A stretch of DNA of 64,000 nucleotides from assembly GCA_963786955.1 (NCBI GenBank), contig CAWBAT010000005.1, forward strand, positions 1,440,001 through 1,504,000, read 5' to 3'. The notes below the pieces were generated by a model. That model did no database searches. It was not told the DNA's origin and saw only the letters and a list, made by a program, of their open reading frames with translations. Of this stretch, positions 28,157 through 38,763 are shown piece after piece. Position 1 is the first letter of the stretch, and every line of letters begins with the position of its first letter. This DNA is from an uncultured Acidimicrobiia bacterium (GTDB lineage Bacteria > Acidobacteriota > Terriglobia > Versatilivoradales > Versatilivoraceae). A program made the position numbers and the translations under genes.

Positions 28157-29173
28157 ATGCCAGCAACAGTTCCCATGGATGTAACGTTTAAAGCTCCATC
28201 AGGGAAGGCTGATGATGCAGAAATTCATCTTCTTTATCTCATGCTGCTTATTCGTCGATTTGAAGAGCGTGCATCGCAAGCCTACCAGCAACAGAAAATT
28301 GGTGGTTTTTGTCACCTCTATATCGGTCAGGAAGCAGTAGCCGTGGGTACGGTTGCCGCCGCTCGAAATGATGATTACGTGATTACGGCTTACCGGGATC
28401 ACGGGCACGCCATTGCTCGAGGAGCTGACCTTAATGGGTGTATGGCCGAGTTATTCGGCAAAGCCACCGGCATTTCCCGAGGTCTAGGCGGGTCAATGCA
28501 TTATTTCGACAAAAAGAATCATATGTTTGGAGGGCACGCCATTGTCGGAGGGCATTTGCCCTTGGCCACAGGATTGGCCTTTGGGAGTCAATATCGTGGC
28601 GAGGACCGCTGCACCCTCTGCTTTTTTGGCGACGGCGCCATCAATCAGGGGGCGTTTCACGAAGCTGCTAACTTGGCGGCACTCTGGAAGCTTCCAATCG
28701 TTTTTATCTGCGAGAACAATTTGTTTGGCATGGGAACCCATGTCGGGCGGGCAACGGCAGTCAAAGAGTTGACCAATCGGGCCAAGGGATATGACATGCC
28801 GTCGGCCGTCGTCAATGGGATGGACGTCCGCCATGTACGAGACACGATGCAGGGCATTCTGGAGGAGATGAGAAGAAAACCTTCCCCCTACCTGGTGGAG
28901 GCCCGAACCTACCGATATCGAGGACATTCCATGTCCGACCCGGCTACTTACCGGAGTAAAGAAGAGGTCGACAAATATAAAAGTGAAGATCCTATTATTG
29001 CCTTTAAGGCCGTCCTGATCAATGAAGGAAAACTCGAAGAAACCCGATTTCAGGAACTGGACCGCGAGGCGCGAAGACTGGCGGCCGATTCCATCAAGTT
29101 TGCCGAAGAGAGTCCAGAGCCTCCCATCGAGGACCTGCATAAATACACCTTTGTGGAGGGCGACAACCATTGA
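28157..29173 (+). CDS. pdhA: Pyruvate dehydrogenase E1 alpha
   Basis: GFCHLYIGQEA, GGSMH, FFGDGA...CENN TPP motif and YRGHSMSDP. Confidence 0.97.
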   Translation: MPATVPMDVTFKAPSGKADDAEIHLLYLMLLIRRFEERASQAYQQQKIGGFCHLYIGQEAVAVGTVAAARNDDYVITAYRDHGHAIARGADLNGCMAELFGKATGISRGLGGSMHYFDKKNHMFGGHAIVGGHLPLATGLAFGSQYRGEDRCTLCFFGDGAINQGAFHEAANLAALWKLPIVFICENNLFGMGTHVGRATAVKELTNRAKGYDMPSAVVNGMDVRHVRDTMQGILEEMRRKPSPYLVEARTYRYRGHSMSDPATYRSKEEVDKYKSEDPIIAFKAVLINEGKLEETRFQELDREARRLAADSIKFAEESPEPPIEDLHKYTFVEGDNH

Positions 29174-30156
29174 GAGAAATCACTTATCGTCAGGCAGTCA
29201 ATGAAGCGCTGGAAGAGGAAATGCTGAGAGACCCTGACGTGTTTCTCATCGGCGAAGAAGTGGCCGAGTACAACGGAGCTTATAAGGTCAGCCAGGGATT
29301 GTTGGACAAGTTTGGACCCAAACGGGTGATCGACACACCGATTAGCGAGGCCGGTTTTGCAGGATTAGGTGTTGGTGCTGCCATGGTCGGGCTCCGTCCG
29401 GTGGTGGAATTCATGACCTTTAGCTTTTCGCTCGTCGCCTTTGACCAGGTCGTTAATAACGCACCGAACATGTTGACCATGTCAGGCGGCCAATTCAATA
29501 TTCCGATTGTTTTCCGCGGTCCCAATGGACCCGCCCACCAATTGGGAGCGACTCATTCTCATGCGACTGAGCCCTTCTATGCTAACTTTCCAGGGCTAAA
29601 GATCGCGATTCCTGGTACTCCGCGTGATGCGAAGGGGTTATTAAAGACGGCGATCCGAGATGATAACCCTGTTCTCGTTCTGGAGTCCGAACTCCTTTAC
29701 AATAGTTCCGGCCTGGTTGAGGACAAAGACGAGGAACTACTTATCCCTCTCGGAAAAGGGGAGATCAAGCGGCCGGGTACCGATGTGACGATCGTCTGTT
29801 ATGCCCAGACTGTGCGCATGGCTTTGGCAGCGGCTGAAACTCTTGCCAGCCAGGGGATCAATGCTGAAGTGCTCGATTTAAGGTCCATTAAACCACTCGA
29901 CCTTGACCTAATCCTCAATTCGGTGACGAAGACCCATCGCTGCGTCATCGTCGAACAAGATAAACCTTTTTGCGGGATTGGCTCGGAGTTGACATACCAG
30001 ATCCAGCGCGACATTTTTGACGAACTGGATGGTCCGGTTGCGCGGGTGGCTCAGGAGGAAGTCCCAATGCCTTATAGTGAAAAACTGGAGGCAGCGGTCT
30101 TGCCTAGTGAAGAAAAAATCCTGCAGGCTGTTCATCACCTGTGCTACGGGCGATAG
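29170..30156 (+). CDS. pdhB: Pyruvate dehydrogenase E1 beta (TTG start overlapping the pdhA stop)
   Basis: IGEEVAEYNG, DTPISEAGF, FRGPNG and AIRDDNPV. Confidence 0.96.
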   Translation: MREITYRQAVNEALEEEMLRDPDVFLIGEEVAEYNGAYKVSQGLLDKFGPKRVIDTPISEAGFAGLGVGAAMVGLRPVVEFMTFSFSLVAFDQVVNNAPNMLTMSGGQFNIPIVFRGPNGPAHQLGATHSHATEPFYANFPGLKIAIPGTPRDAKGLLKTAIRDDNPVLVLESELLYNSSGLVEDKDEELLIPLGKGEIKRPGTDVTIVCYAQTVRMALAAAETLASQGINAEVLDLRSIKPLDLDLILNSVTKTHRCVIVEQDKPFCGIGSELTYQIQRDIFDELDGPVARVAQEEVPMPYSEKLEAAVLPSEEKILQAVHHLCYGR

Positions 30157-30202
30157 CCCCTCATTCTCCCAGTTAAATCCCAAGGAAAAAGGAAAAAAGA
30201 TC

Positions 30203-31429
30203 ATGGCTGAAATCACCATGCCCAAACTTAGTGACACAATGACGGAAGGTGTGGTTGTGCGTTGGCACAAGAAGCAAGGGGAGCCGGTCAGTGTCGGAGA
30301 TGTTCTTGCAGAAATTGAGACAGACAAGGCGACGATGGAGATGGAGGCTTTTGACGACGGAATTCTGAAAGAGATTTACGCCCAGGAAGGACAGAAGGTG
30401 GCCGTTGGGGATCGCATTGCCCTCGTTGAAGGAGAAAGCCAGACCGAGTCTTTGCCGCATAAAAAGAAGACGGATGCCGTGCAACCCGAGAGCAAGCTTT
30501 CTGCAGTTACTCCTCCACCGGCTGTTCCGAGTTCTTCCAAAAAAGCATCGAGTGCCCCTAAGACTGTTGAGGGGGGACGTCTGAAGGTTTCCCCGCTGGC
30601 GAGAAAGACGGCAACCCAAATGAATGTCATCATTGAGAACTTGCAAGGTTCAGGTCCTGGTGGACGCATCATTCAGGAAGACGTGTTTCAGGCGGCGAAG
30701 CAGCAAGAAGTTTCTCCGACCCACGTGTCGGTTGCTGAAGCCAGCTTGATTCCACTGACGGCGATGCGCCGCGTGATTGCCCAGCGAATGGTAGAGAGCA
30801 AGAGTCATATCCCGCATTTTTATCTCGACGCCGAACTCGATGCTGGACCTTTGCTTCAATTGCGCTCATTGGCCAATGAGTCTCTTGTCGCCAAAGGGTC
30901 CGAGAAACTGAGTGTCAATGACTTCGTTCTCAAAGCGGCCGTCGAAAGTCTTAGGCGGGTTCCGCAGGTCAATGCCTCATATCGTGAAAACGGTATCCTG
31001 CGATATGCCCATATTCACTTGGGTTTTGCCGTTAGTCTTGAAGAAGGACTAATCACCCCGGTGATTAGAAATGCGGAGAATAAGGAGCTTCGCCAACTTT
31101 CTACTGAAGCTCGGGGACTCATTGAGAAGGCCCGTTCTAAGAGGCTCAAACCTGACGAATATCAGGGAGGAACCTTTACGATCTCAAACCTTGGCGCCTC
31201 TGGGATCGATCGTTTTCACGCGATCATCAACCCTCCTCAGGCTGCCATTCTTTCGGTCGGCAGTATTGTTAAGAAAGCCGTCGTTAATGCGCAGGATCAA
31301 ATTGTTGTCGGGCATCGGCTCAATGTGGCGCTCTGTTGTGACCATAGGGTGGTTGATGGAGCGGTAGGAGCGATTTTTCTCCAGGAATTTCGAAAGCTCA
31401 TCGAGAACCCGGCGTTAATGCTGCTCTAG
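30203..31429 (+). CDS. pdhC: Dihydrolipoamide acetyltransferase E2 (single lipoyl domain)
   Basis: MPKLSDTMTEG, ETDKA lipoyl-Lys, SPLARK/GSGPGGRI peripheral subunit-binding domain and DHRVVDG. Confidence 0.96.
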   Translation: MAEITMPKLSDTMTEGVVVRWHKKQGEPVSVGDVLAEIETDKATMEMEAFDDGILKEIYAQEGQKVAVGDRIALVEGESQTESLPHKKKTDAVQPESKLSAVTPPPAVPSSSKKASSAPKTVEGGRLKVSPLARKTATQMNVIIENLQGSGPGGRIIQEDVFQAAKQQEVSPTHVSVAEASLIPLTAMRRVIAQRMVESKSHIPHFYLDAELDAGPLLQLRSLANESLVAKGSEKLSVNDFVLKAAVESLRRVPQVNASYRENGILRYAHIHLGFAVSLEEGLITPVIRNAENKELRQLSTEARGLIEKARSKRLKPDEYQGGTFTISNLGASGIDRFHAIINPPQAAILSVGSIVKKAVVNAQDQIVVGHRLNVALCCDHRVVDGAVGAIFLQEFRKLIENPALMLL

Positions 31430-31552
31430 AGGACTGGCCCAAAGTCGAGTCCATTGCCACGCCCGCGCGAAGGTCGTGTCTAGAGCGACATTCCAAGAAT
31501 TCTTGGTTTTCCCTGTAATCCCAGTTTATTGTCAACCTTCGGAGGAGTCAGC

Positions 31553-32965
31553 GTGAGCAACGATCAAAATCATTTCGACTTGGTGATTATCGGATCAGGT
31601 CCCGGGGGCTATGTTGGTGCCATTCGAGCGGCTCAACTCGGAATGAAAACTGCCATTGTCGAAAAAGATAAATTGGGCGGCATTTGCCTCAACTGGGGGT
31701 GTATTCCCACGAAAGCGCTCCTCAAGAATGCCGAAATCTATAAGTTATTTCAGAAGAGCGAAGAATTTGGCATTAGCTATGACAACCTGCGGTTTGATTT
31801 TTCGAAAATCATTAAGAGAAGCCGGGAGGTCTCAGACAAGATCAGCAGAGGCGTCGGTTTCCTAATGAAGAAGAACAAAGTCACGATATTTAACGGGACG
31901 GGCAAATTAACGGCTCACGACCACGTTGAGGTCTTCGGCCCGGATCAAACGCTCAAGGACACGTTGACGGCATCCCGGATCATGATTGCGACAGGCGCTC
32001 GTCCCAGAACCTTGCCGGGAGTCGTTTTTGACGGAAGGCGAATCATTGGCAGTTCCGAGGCTATGGTCATGCAACAGGTGCCGAAGAGCCTTCTGATTAT
32101 TGGGGCCGGCGCGATTGGTGTTGAATTCGCTTATTTTTACAATACTTTTGGATCTTCGGTCACCGTCGTGGAAATGATGCCAGCGATTCTTCCCATCGAA
32201 GACAAGGAAATCTCAGACTTATTAGCGAAATCGTTCAAAAAGACTGGCATTCAATTGCTCACCGGAACAAAAGTTGTCTCTTTGAAAGCTGAGGGCGACC
32301 GGGTGAACGCCGTTTTGGAAAACTCCAAGGGAGAACGCTCCGAGAGCAGTGCCGAAGTTGCTTTGATGGCTGTGGGTGTCCTGGGAAACACGGAGGGGCT
32401 CGGTCTGGAAAAATTGGGCGTCAAAGTAGAGAAAGGATCGATTCCGGTTAATTCAGATTTTCAAACTACTATTCCTGGCGTGTACGCCATTGGTGATGTC
32501 ATCGGGCCACCGTGGCTGGCCCATGTGGCTTCAGCCGAAGCGATTTCTGCAGTTGAGGGGATGGCAGGACTCAAAGACCGGCTTCAAGTGAATTACCAGA
32601 ATATTCCAGGTTGCACCTATTGCCAGCCACAAGTTGCCAGTATTGGCTTAACCGAAGAGAAGGCCCGTGAAAAAGGTTATGAGCTCAAGATTGGCCGGTT
32701 CCCTTTCAGCGCCAGCGGGAAAGCCAAAGCCACCGGAGAGACTGAAGGGTTGGTGAAATTGATCTTCGATGCCAAATATGGAGAGTTGCTGGGCGCTCAC
32801 CTCCTCGGGTCTGAAGCCACTGAGATGATTGCGGAACTGGGGCTGGCTAAGAATCTTGAAGCCACTTACGAAGAAATATCCAAGACAGTTCATGCCCATC
32901 CAACTTTGTCTGAAGCAGTCATGGATGCAGCAGCAGACGCAGCTGGAGAATCGATCAACCAGTAA
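31553..32965 (+). CDS. lpdA: Dihydrolipoamide dehydrogenase E3
   Basis: GSGPGG, GGICLNWGCIP, GAGAIG and HAHPTLSE. GTG start after GGAGGAG. Confidence 0.97.
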   Translation: MSNDQNHFDLVIIGSGPGGYVGAIRAAQLGMKTAIVEKDKLGGICLNWGCIPTKALLKNAEIYKLFQKSEEFGISYDNLRFDFSKIIKRSREVSDKISRGVGFLMKKNKVTIFNGTGKLTAHDHVEVFGPDQTLKDTLTASRIMIATGARPRTLPGVVFDGRRIIGSSEAMVMQQVPKSLLIIGAGAIGVEFAYFYNTFGSSVTVVEMMPAILPIEDKEISDLLAKSFKKTGIQLLTGTKVVSLKAEGDRVNAVLENSKGERSESSAEVALMAVGVLGNTEGLGLEKLGVKVEKGSIPVNSDFQTTIPGVYAIGDVIGPPWLAHVASAEAISAVEGMAGLKDRLQVNYQNIPGCTYCQPQVASIGLTEEKAREKGYELKIGRFPFSASGKAKATGETEGLVKLIFDAKYGELLGAHLLGSEATEMIAELGLAKNLEATYEEISKTVHAHPTLSEAVMDAAADAAGESINQ

Positions 32966-33177
32966 TCTGGAGTACTGAGTCCGGAGTCAACCGCATCAAT
33001 GCGTAGCTTGTGGGAAATTCGGTTCTATCTCTTGCGACACAGCAACGCCTTGCACCTCGTTTGATATGAATGGAGCGCGGAGCTCTGCGACGCCGCTCTC
33101 CGTAGAAGAACCACGCCGGATCTCGCTGTGCTTTGCCTCCCACGAGGGCACGATCAAGGATCTTTCCCTTTCTCAAA

Positions 33178-34578
33178 ATGGTCGAAATTCCCGATTACTT
33201 CCGTCCATTAGGTTCTACTGGCATGTATTGCCACCCATTGGGTTTTGGGTGCTACCGGATAGCGGATGGCAACCCGGAGCATGAAGCAGCGTTGCGGTCT
33301 TACCTCGACCAAGGCGGGAACCTTATCGACACCAGCACCAATTATGTAGACGGACTTTCAGAAATTCTAGTAGGAAAGGTTGTCCGGGATTACCCCCGCG
33401 AGCAAGTCATTGTTGTGACCAAAGCGGGATACATCCAAGGCCAGATTATGGAACTGGCGCGTTCGCGAGCGTTTCCTGAAGTCGTCCAGTATGATGAAGG
33501 AATTTGGCATTGCATCCACCCTGAATTTCTTGAAACACAGATTGAACTCTCACGAGAACGACTGCAACGCGATGTGCTGGATGTCTTGCTGTTGCACAAT
33601 CCGGAATATTTCTTAATTCACCAGTCCCATCACAAGGCTGTTGATGCCTCTGATCAAGTGGAGTTCTACCAAAAAATCCGCGAAACCTTCCGTTTCCTGG
33701 AAGAAAAAGTCAGGCAAGGTCAAATTCGTTGGTACGGAATCAGCTCTAACAATTATGGTCTTCCGCTCGCTGATCCGACAATGACGAGCGTCAGCCGTTG
33801 CTTATTCGAGGCTGAGGCCTTGTCTTCCGATCATCACTTCAAAGTGGTCCAACTTCCCTTGAATTTGGCTGAAAATGGTGGTGCCTTGGAACCAAACAAC
33901 GACGGCAGTACGGTTCTGGAGTTTTGTCAGCAACATGGTCTGGCAGTTATGGCAAACCGGCCGCTCAATATTTCCTGTAACGGTCGGTTCATCCGTTTGG
34001 CAGATTTTGCGCCACCTGGGCGCAAGCCTCCAGGTAAGAAAAGTCTCCTTGAACTGCTGGAACCTTTGAGGCAGCATGAGAAGATTGGTACTGAGATGGG
34101 AATATCATCTTCAGATGGGCGAAGTGCCGGACTTCCTCAGATGCTAGAACAAATCGTGTCCCAGGCCAAATCCGTGGAGCACTGGAATCTGCTGATGGGG
34201 CGATATGTCATTCCTCCCCTCAAGCGATGGATTACCGACTCCAGCCAAAGAAACTCGGACAATGTGTTATGGCAGCAATGGCTTGATAAGTTCTTTCATC
34301 TAATCAGTACTACTTTCGAAGCAACGGAACGATTTATCCAATCTCGACAGCAACCGGGTTCAGACCGAGTTCGCAATCATCTCAGTGAGGGCGGGTACCC
34401 CCAAACCCCTCATTCCCTTAGCCAGATCGCTTTGGGAATCCTCTTGAATCTTCAAGGACTTTCTTGTGTTCTCAACGGGATGAGGCGACCTTCATACGTG
34501 GCGGATGCGTTCGGCAGTCGCTACACTCCTAGAGTCGATGCGCTTAAAACTCTTGGGCATTTCAAGAGCTTTACCTAA
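33178..34578 (+). CDS. Aldo/keto reductase family protein with a large internal insertion
   Basis: LGFGCYR, IDTSTNY, VTKAG, LLHNP, YGISSN, QLPLNL, ANRPL and VLNGMRRPSYV. Confidence 0.85.
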   Translation: MVEIPDYFRPLGSTGMYCHPLGFGCYRIADGNPEHEAALRSYLDQGGNLIDTSTNYVDGLSEILVGKVVRDYPREQVIVVTKAGYIQGQIMELARSRAFPEVVQYDEGIWHCIHPEFLETQIELSRERLQRDVLDVLLLHNPEYFLIHQSHHKAVDASDQVEFYQKIRETFRFLEEKVRQGQIRWYGISSNNYGLPLADPTMTSVSRCLFEAEALSSDHHFKVVQLPLNLAENGGALEPNNDGSTVLEFCQQHGLAVMANRPLNISCNGRFIRLADFAPPGRKPPGKKSLLELLEPLRQHEKIGTEMGISSSDGRSAGLPQMLEQIVSQAKSVEHWNLLMGRYVIPPLKRWITDSSQRNSDNVLWQQWLDKFFHLISTTFEATERFIQSRQQPGSDRVRNHLSEGGYPQTPHSLSQIALGILLNLQGLSCVLNGMRRPSYVADAFGSRYTPRVDALKTLGHFKSFT

Positions 34579-34660
34579 AGCCTCGACAGAAAGATACCGA
34601 AATAATAGATGAAGGGTCGTAATCCATCGGATTGCAATCCCGTGAAAATTTCTGGCGTCC

Positions 34661-35314
34661 ATGAACAACATTGGTTTATCAATGATTCTATTCGCAAATA
34701 TCATCGCCATACTTCTTTCAGTGATAGCCTTTGCCTTCTCGGTTTATACCCTGTGGGTTGTCCGTGTCTCCCCTTTCAAGCTGATTGTCTATTCTCCCGC
34801 TGTTTCGTGTGTCAATCCTCAGGAATCCGCTTTGGTATTAGATCTGATGTTTCACAATCCTGGTAGGGTCCGGGCTGCGGTACTGGATATCGACGCCTCA
34901 CTCTTGAAGCAAAACCACTTGAAACCCTTTCTGCGGTTAAAACCTCAAGCATTTCATCGCACTTTTTTCCCTGCGGGGGACCTGAAGACTCCTCAGTCTG
35001 TCATCTCTCGCTTTACCCCGATTACGGTTGATCCGGGTCAAACTGTCAGTAAGACGGTATACTTTCGTCCTCCGGCAGAAGAAAACAGTTCGGTGGTTCG
35101 AAGTAGTTACACTGAATGGGAAACCATTCGGGTTTCCTTCAAGGTCAATGGAAACTGGAATAAACGAACGGTCAGTATCAAGCGATCTGAGTTTGAAGGG
35201 TATCAATCTGCTCAGACCGAGCAATCCCCCTTGAGATTTCCTTTTATCGCCACCTATTACCCGGATATCCAACCTCTCCACCTTCGTGGGACCTTCTTCG
35301 ATCTTGCCTACTGA
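34661..35314 (+). CDS. Hypothetical protein with N-terminal membrane anchor
   Basis: 217-aa ORF filling the gap between the AKR and rhomboid genes. Hydrophobic N-terminus followed by a beta-rich domain. Confidence 0.65.
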   Translation: MNNIGLSMILFANIIAILLSVIAFAFSVYTLWVVRVSPFKLIVYSPAVSCVNPQESALVLDLMFHNPGRVRAAVLDIDASLLKQNHLKPFLRLKPQAFHRTFFPAGDLKTPQSVISRFTPITVDPGQTVSKTVYFRPPAEENSSVVRSSYTEWETIRVSFKVNGNWNKRTVSIKRSEFEGYQSAQTEQSPLRFPFIATYYPDIQPLHLRGTFFDLAY

Positions 35315-35393
35315 ATCGTTTAATCAAGATTCCCTCCCCTTTTTACTGGTTTTGCTTAGAAGGAGCCATTAGAATGAGACAGCTAATCGCGTT

Positions 35394-36095
35394 ATGATTC
35401 CCCTCAAAGATATTAACCGTTCACAAAGCTATCCTCTCATCACGGTTTTCTTGATTATCCTCAATGGGCTGGTTTTTGTTTTCGAATATTCTCTTGGTCA
35501 GCGAGGGCTGCTCAACCGTTTTATTTATGAATTCGGAGTGGTGCCAGCTTTCTTCACGAGTTCAAAATATTGGGCGCAAAACGGGATCCTTCTCGGTCTT
35601 TTCCCCTTATTTTCTTCCATGTTTCTTCATGGCGGTTGGCTTCATTTCTTCGGAAACATGCTCTACTTGTGGGTTTTTGGAGACAATGTAGAAGATCGTT
35701 TAGGACATTTCCGCTATCTGTTCTTCTATTTGATTTGTGGCTTGGCAGCTGCTCTTTTCCATATTGTCACTAATCCCAGCTCGACTTTGCCCACTGTAGG
35801 AGCAAGCGGGGCGATTGCCGGCGTTCTTGGAGCTTATTTAGTTCTCTTCCCGGGCGCTAGAGTCCTGACCTTATTCCCCATCTTCTTTTTTTTCCAGTTG
35901 GTTGAGATTCCAGCGCTCCTCTTTATTGGGTTCTGGTTTGTCATGCAATTCTTCAGTGGAGCACTCTCATTTGTTGCTGCCAAAGGGCAGATGGGGGGCA
36001 CGGCTTGGTGGGCTCATATTGGAGGATTTGTTGCCGGAATACTCATGATCTGGCGAAGCAGAAATCAACTGCGGCGCAGGATCTCCTACTACTGA
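35394..36095 (+). CDS. Rhomboid family intramembrane serine protease
   Basis: MFLHGGWLHFFGNM, VGASGA (Ser) and WAHIGG (His). Confidence 0.95.
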   Translation: MIPLKDINRSQSYPLITVFLIILNGLVFVFEYSLGQRGLLNRFIYEFGVVPAFFTSSKYWAQNGILLGLFPLFSSMFLHGGWLHFFGNMLYLWVFGDNVEDRLGHFRYLFFYLICGLAAALFHIVTNPSSTLPTVGASGAIAGVLGAYLVLFPGARVLTLFPIFFFFQLVEIPALLFIGFWFVMQFFSGALSFVAAKGQMGGTAWWAHIGGFVAGILMIWRSRNQLRRRISYY

Positions 36096-36136
36096 AGTTT
36101 GTGCGATTTTTCTTTGATTCATGAGAGCGCCTCTCT

Positions 36137-37624
36137 ATGATTCTTGCCCTTGATATTGGAAGTTCGTCAGTGCGCGCAGGCCTTTATAGTCGGGAAGGTC
36201 AGCCTGAGCAAGGCTTGAATGCGCGACGTATTTATGACCTGAGTACCACCGCTGACGGGGGTGCTGAAGTCCAGGCGGATTTTCTCTTTGAGCTCGTCGG
36301 CCAGGCCATTGATGAGGTCCTTTTGAAGGGCGAGTCGAGTTCCGAAGAGATCGACGCAGTCGCAATATCTACTTTCTGGCATAATATGCTGGGCCTGGAT
36401 TCGGCTCAAGAGCCATTGACGCCGGTTTATTCATGGGCCGACACACGGAGTACCCGGGCTGCAGAGCAGTTGAAACGGCTGTTGAGCGAAGAATCCTGTC
36501 ATGCCCGGACGGGAACCGTATTCCACCCGAGCTTTCTGCCTGCGAAATTGTTATGGCTGCGTGAAGGCCAGCCACAGGTCTGGAAGCGCACAGCCCGCTG
36601 GATGTCTTTTGGGGAATACCTTCTATTGAAGTTATTCGGAGAAACGGTGTGCAGCATTTCGATGGCTTCTGGGACAGGGCTGCTAGACCAGTTTCGTTGC
36701 TGTTGGGATGAAGAGATCCTGAATGTGCTGTCGCTCAGTCCCGAGCGACTCTCTCCGTTGAGCGACTTCCATACATCGCTTCAGGGCCTTCGGGTCATCT
36801 ATGCGCGCCGCTGGCCTAGACTCCGTTCCGTTCCCTGGTTTCCTGCGCTGGGTGATGGAGCGTGCAGTAACATTGGCAGTGGTTGTTTTGACTCAAAGCG
36901 GGTTGCCTTGATGGTTGGGACTTCAGGCGCCATGAGAGTTTGCTTAAATCGGGAACCTTCCGTGATTCCCCCGGGCCTATGGTGTTATCATGTGGACCGT
37001 CGCCGATTTCTGATGGGCGGGGCTCTCAGCAATGGCGGAATCCTTTTTGAATGGCTACATGAGACTCTGCGAGTTGAGGATAATCCGGAAGCACTGGAGC
37101 AAATGATTTCGGCTCAGAGTCCAACGGCTCATGGTCTGACGATGCTCCCCTTCCTGGCTGGGGAACGCAGCCCTGGTTGGAAAGGACACGCGCGAGCAGC
37201 CATCGTCGGCCTAAGTTTGCATACCCGCCCTGTTGAGATATTGAGAGCGGGACTTGAATCCGTTGCCTATCGATTCGCGAAAATCGCCTCTTTGCTCAAG
37301 AAAGCTGTGCCCGACTCTGTGGAAATCGTTGCCTCCGGGGGAGCGCTGCTGAAGTCGCCAGCTTGGACCCAGATAATGGCAGATGTCATTGGCCAGCCGA
37401 TGATTACTTCAGCAGTGGCAGAAGCTTCCAGCCGAGGGGCTGCCCTGCTTGCACTTGAAGCCATGAAAATCATTTCCGATTTCAACCAGCTGCCCAATCC
37501 GGTTGGCCACATCTATCTCCCCGATCCTAAGAAACACGAAATCTACGCGAACGCCATGAATAGGCAAGACGAGCTTTACGAGCTTTTGGTCAATCAAATC
37601 AGCTCTTCGACAATTCAGAATTGA
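36137..37624 (+). CDS. gntK: FGGY-family gluconokinase
   Basis: LDIGSSS, WADTR, SMASGTGL, GDGA, GTSGAMR and LAGERSPGW. Confidence 0.82.
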   Translation: MILALDIGSSSVRAGLYSREGQPEQGLNARRIYDLSTTADGGAEVQADFLFELVGQAIDEVLLKGESSSEEIDAVAISTFWHNMLGLDSAQEPLTPVYSWADTRSTRAAEQLKRLLSEESCHARTGTVFHPSFLPAKLLWLREGQPQVWKRTARWMSFGEYLLLKLFGETVCSISMASGTGLLDQFRCCWDEEILNVLSLSPERLSPLSDFHTSLQGLRVIYARRWPRLRSVPWFPALGDGACSNIGSGCFDSKRVALMVGTSGAMRVCLNREPSVIPPGLWCYHVDRRRFLMGGALSNGGILFEWLHETLRVEDNPEALEQMISAQSPTAHGLTMLPFLAGERSPGWKGHARAAIVGLSLHTRPVEILRAGLESVAYRFAKIASLLKKAVPDSVEIVASGGALLKSPAWTQIMADVIGQPMITSAVAEASSRGAALLALEAMKIISDFNQLPNPVGHIYLPDPKKHEIYANAMNRQDELYELLVNQISSSTIQN

Positions 37625-37716
37625 AAAGTCCGAGTTCCCCCTTGGAGGATTTCATGAATCGCAATCCGTCGAGCACACTCGATTCACTTTCTTCCAAGGC
37701 TCGTTCGGTATTTCAG

Positions 37717-38763
37717 TTACGATTCGCGCACCGGATCCGCCTCTTTCACACCCCCCACTCCTGCCTCTGCTTCCATTTTCGATAGCCGATTTAAGGTCAA
37801 CCCCTCTCGATTGAGAAAATACAAGCCGAGGATCATTACAGGCACCGCCGAGACGAGGTAACAACCATTGCTAATTCCTGCCGCTTGAGATACCGGATCC
37901 ATTTCTGAAAGATAGCGAGAAAAAAAATTAACTAGCCCAAGATTCATGAAAAACTGAAACCCCCCCACTCCTCCCGGTGTCGGGATCGCCACACCCACGA
38001 CTGTAATCGCCATAAGAAAAAGTGCGCCTGGAAACGGAAAAATTTCCAGGTAGGCGTGCAGCATCGACCAGAGTTGCAAGGTAATTGCAACCCAGATCGC
38101 AAGTGATAGAACCATAGTCTTCAGGAGCACCTCACCTTTTTGCAGCCCCTTAAACCCACTTAGAAATGAGCGCAACAGGTTTTGAGGCCCATGGGGGAGC
38201 CTGCTCAACCAGCTGTCTTTCCAAAGGAGGAACGCCAGCAGCCCAAAGAATAGGCACAATCCCACGAGTCCTTTCAGCGAATACTTCTGTATAATTCCCA
38301 TAATTTCGCGCCCGCGGTCGGAATTAGGCGCAAAACGGTCGGCGTAAAAAGAAAGATAAAACCCGAAGATGAAAACGACGGTAAACATGTCCAGGATTCG
38401 CTCCAACAGTGAGGCCGCGATGACCGATGCTACGGAGATTTTTTCCTTGCGTGCTAGAACAACTGAGGCGGCCACCTCGCCAGCCCTCGGGGGAATGGCA
38501 TTTAGCACGTACTTCACAAGGGTCAACGAAAAAAGATTCCGATATGAAATCCCGTGTTTGACAGGAGAAAGCAGTATCCCCCAGCGAAGCGCTCGCAGAA
38601 GCATATGCAACATTACAAATAAGAAACCGGTCAATAGCCAGAGGGGTTTCCCCTGGATCATCACGTGCCAGGCAAGATGCCAATCCGGCACCCCCCTATA
38701 GACCAGGTAACCGATGAGGACAGTCAGCCCGAGACTTATTCCAATCTGTCCGGCTTTCTTCAT
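37717..38763 (-). CDS. Lysylphosphatidylglycerol synthase TM-domain (flippase-like, UPF0104) protein
   Basis: LRALRW, PPRAGE, ERILD and IPTPGGVG motifs, multiple TM segments. Confidence 0.85.
   Translation of the reverse strand: MKKAGQIGISLGLTVLIGYLVYRGVPDWHLAWHVMIQGKPLWLLTGFLFVMLHMLLRALRWGILLSPVKHGISYRNLFSLTLVKYVLNAIPPRAGEVAASVVLARKEKISVASVIAASLLERILDMFTVVFIFGFYLSFYADRFAPNSDRGREIMGIIQKYSLKGLVGLCLFFGLLAFLLWKDSWLSRLPHGPQNLLRSFLSGFKGLQKGEVLLKTMVLSLAIWVAITLQLWSMLHAYLEIFPFPGALFLMAITVVGVAIPTPGGVGGFQFFMNLGLVNFFSRYLSEMDPVSQAAGISNGCYLVSAVPVMILGLYFLNREGLTLNRLSKMEAEAGVGGVKEADPVRES

Noticed and set aside
33069-33101. TGGAGCGCGG...CCGCTCTCC as another REP family copy
   Set aside because: Single short degenerate hairpin with no second copy in the window.
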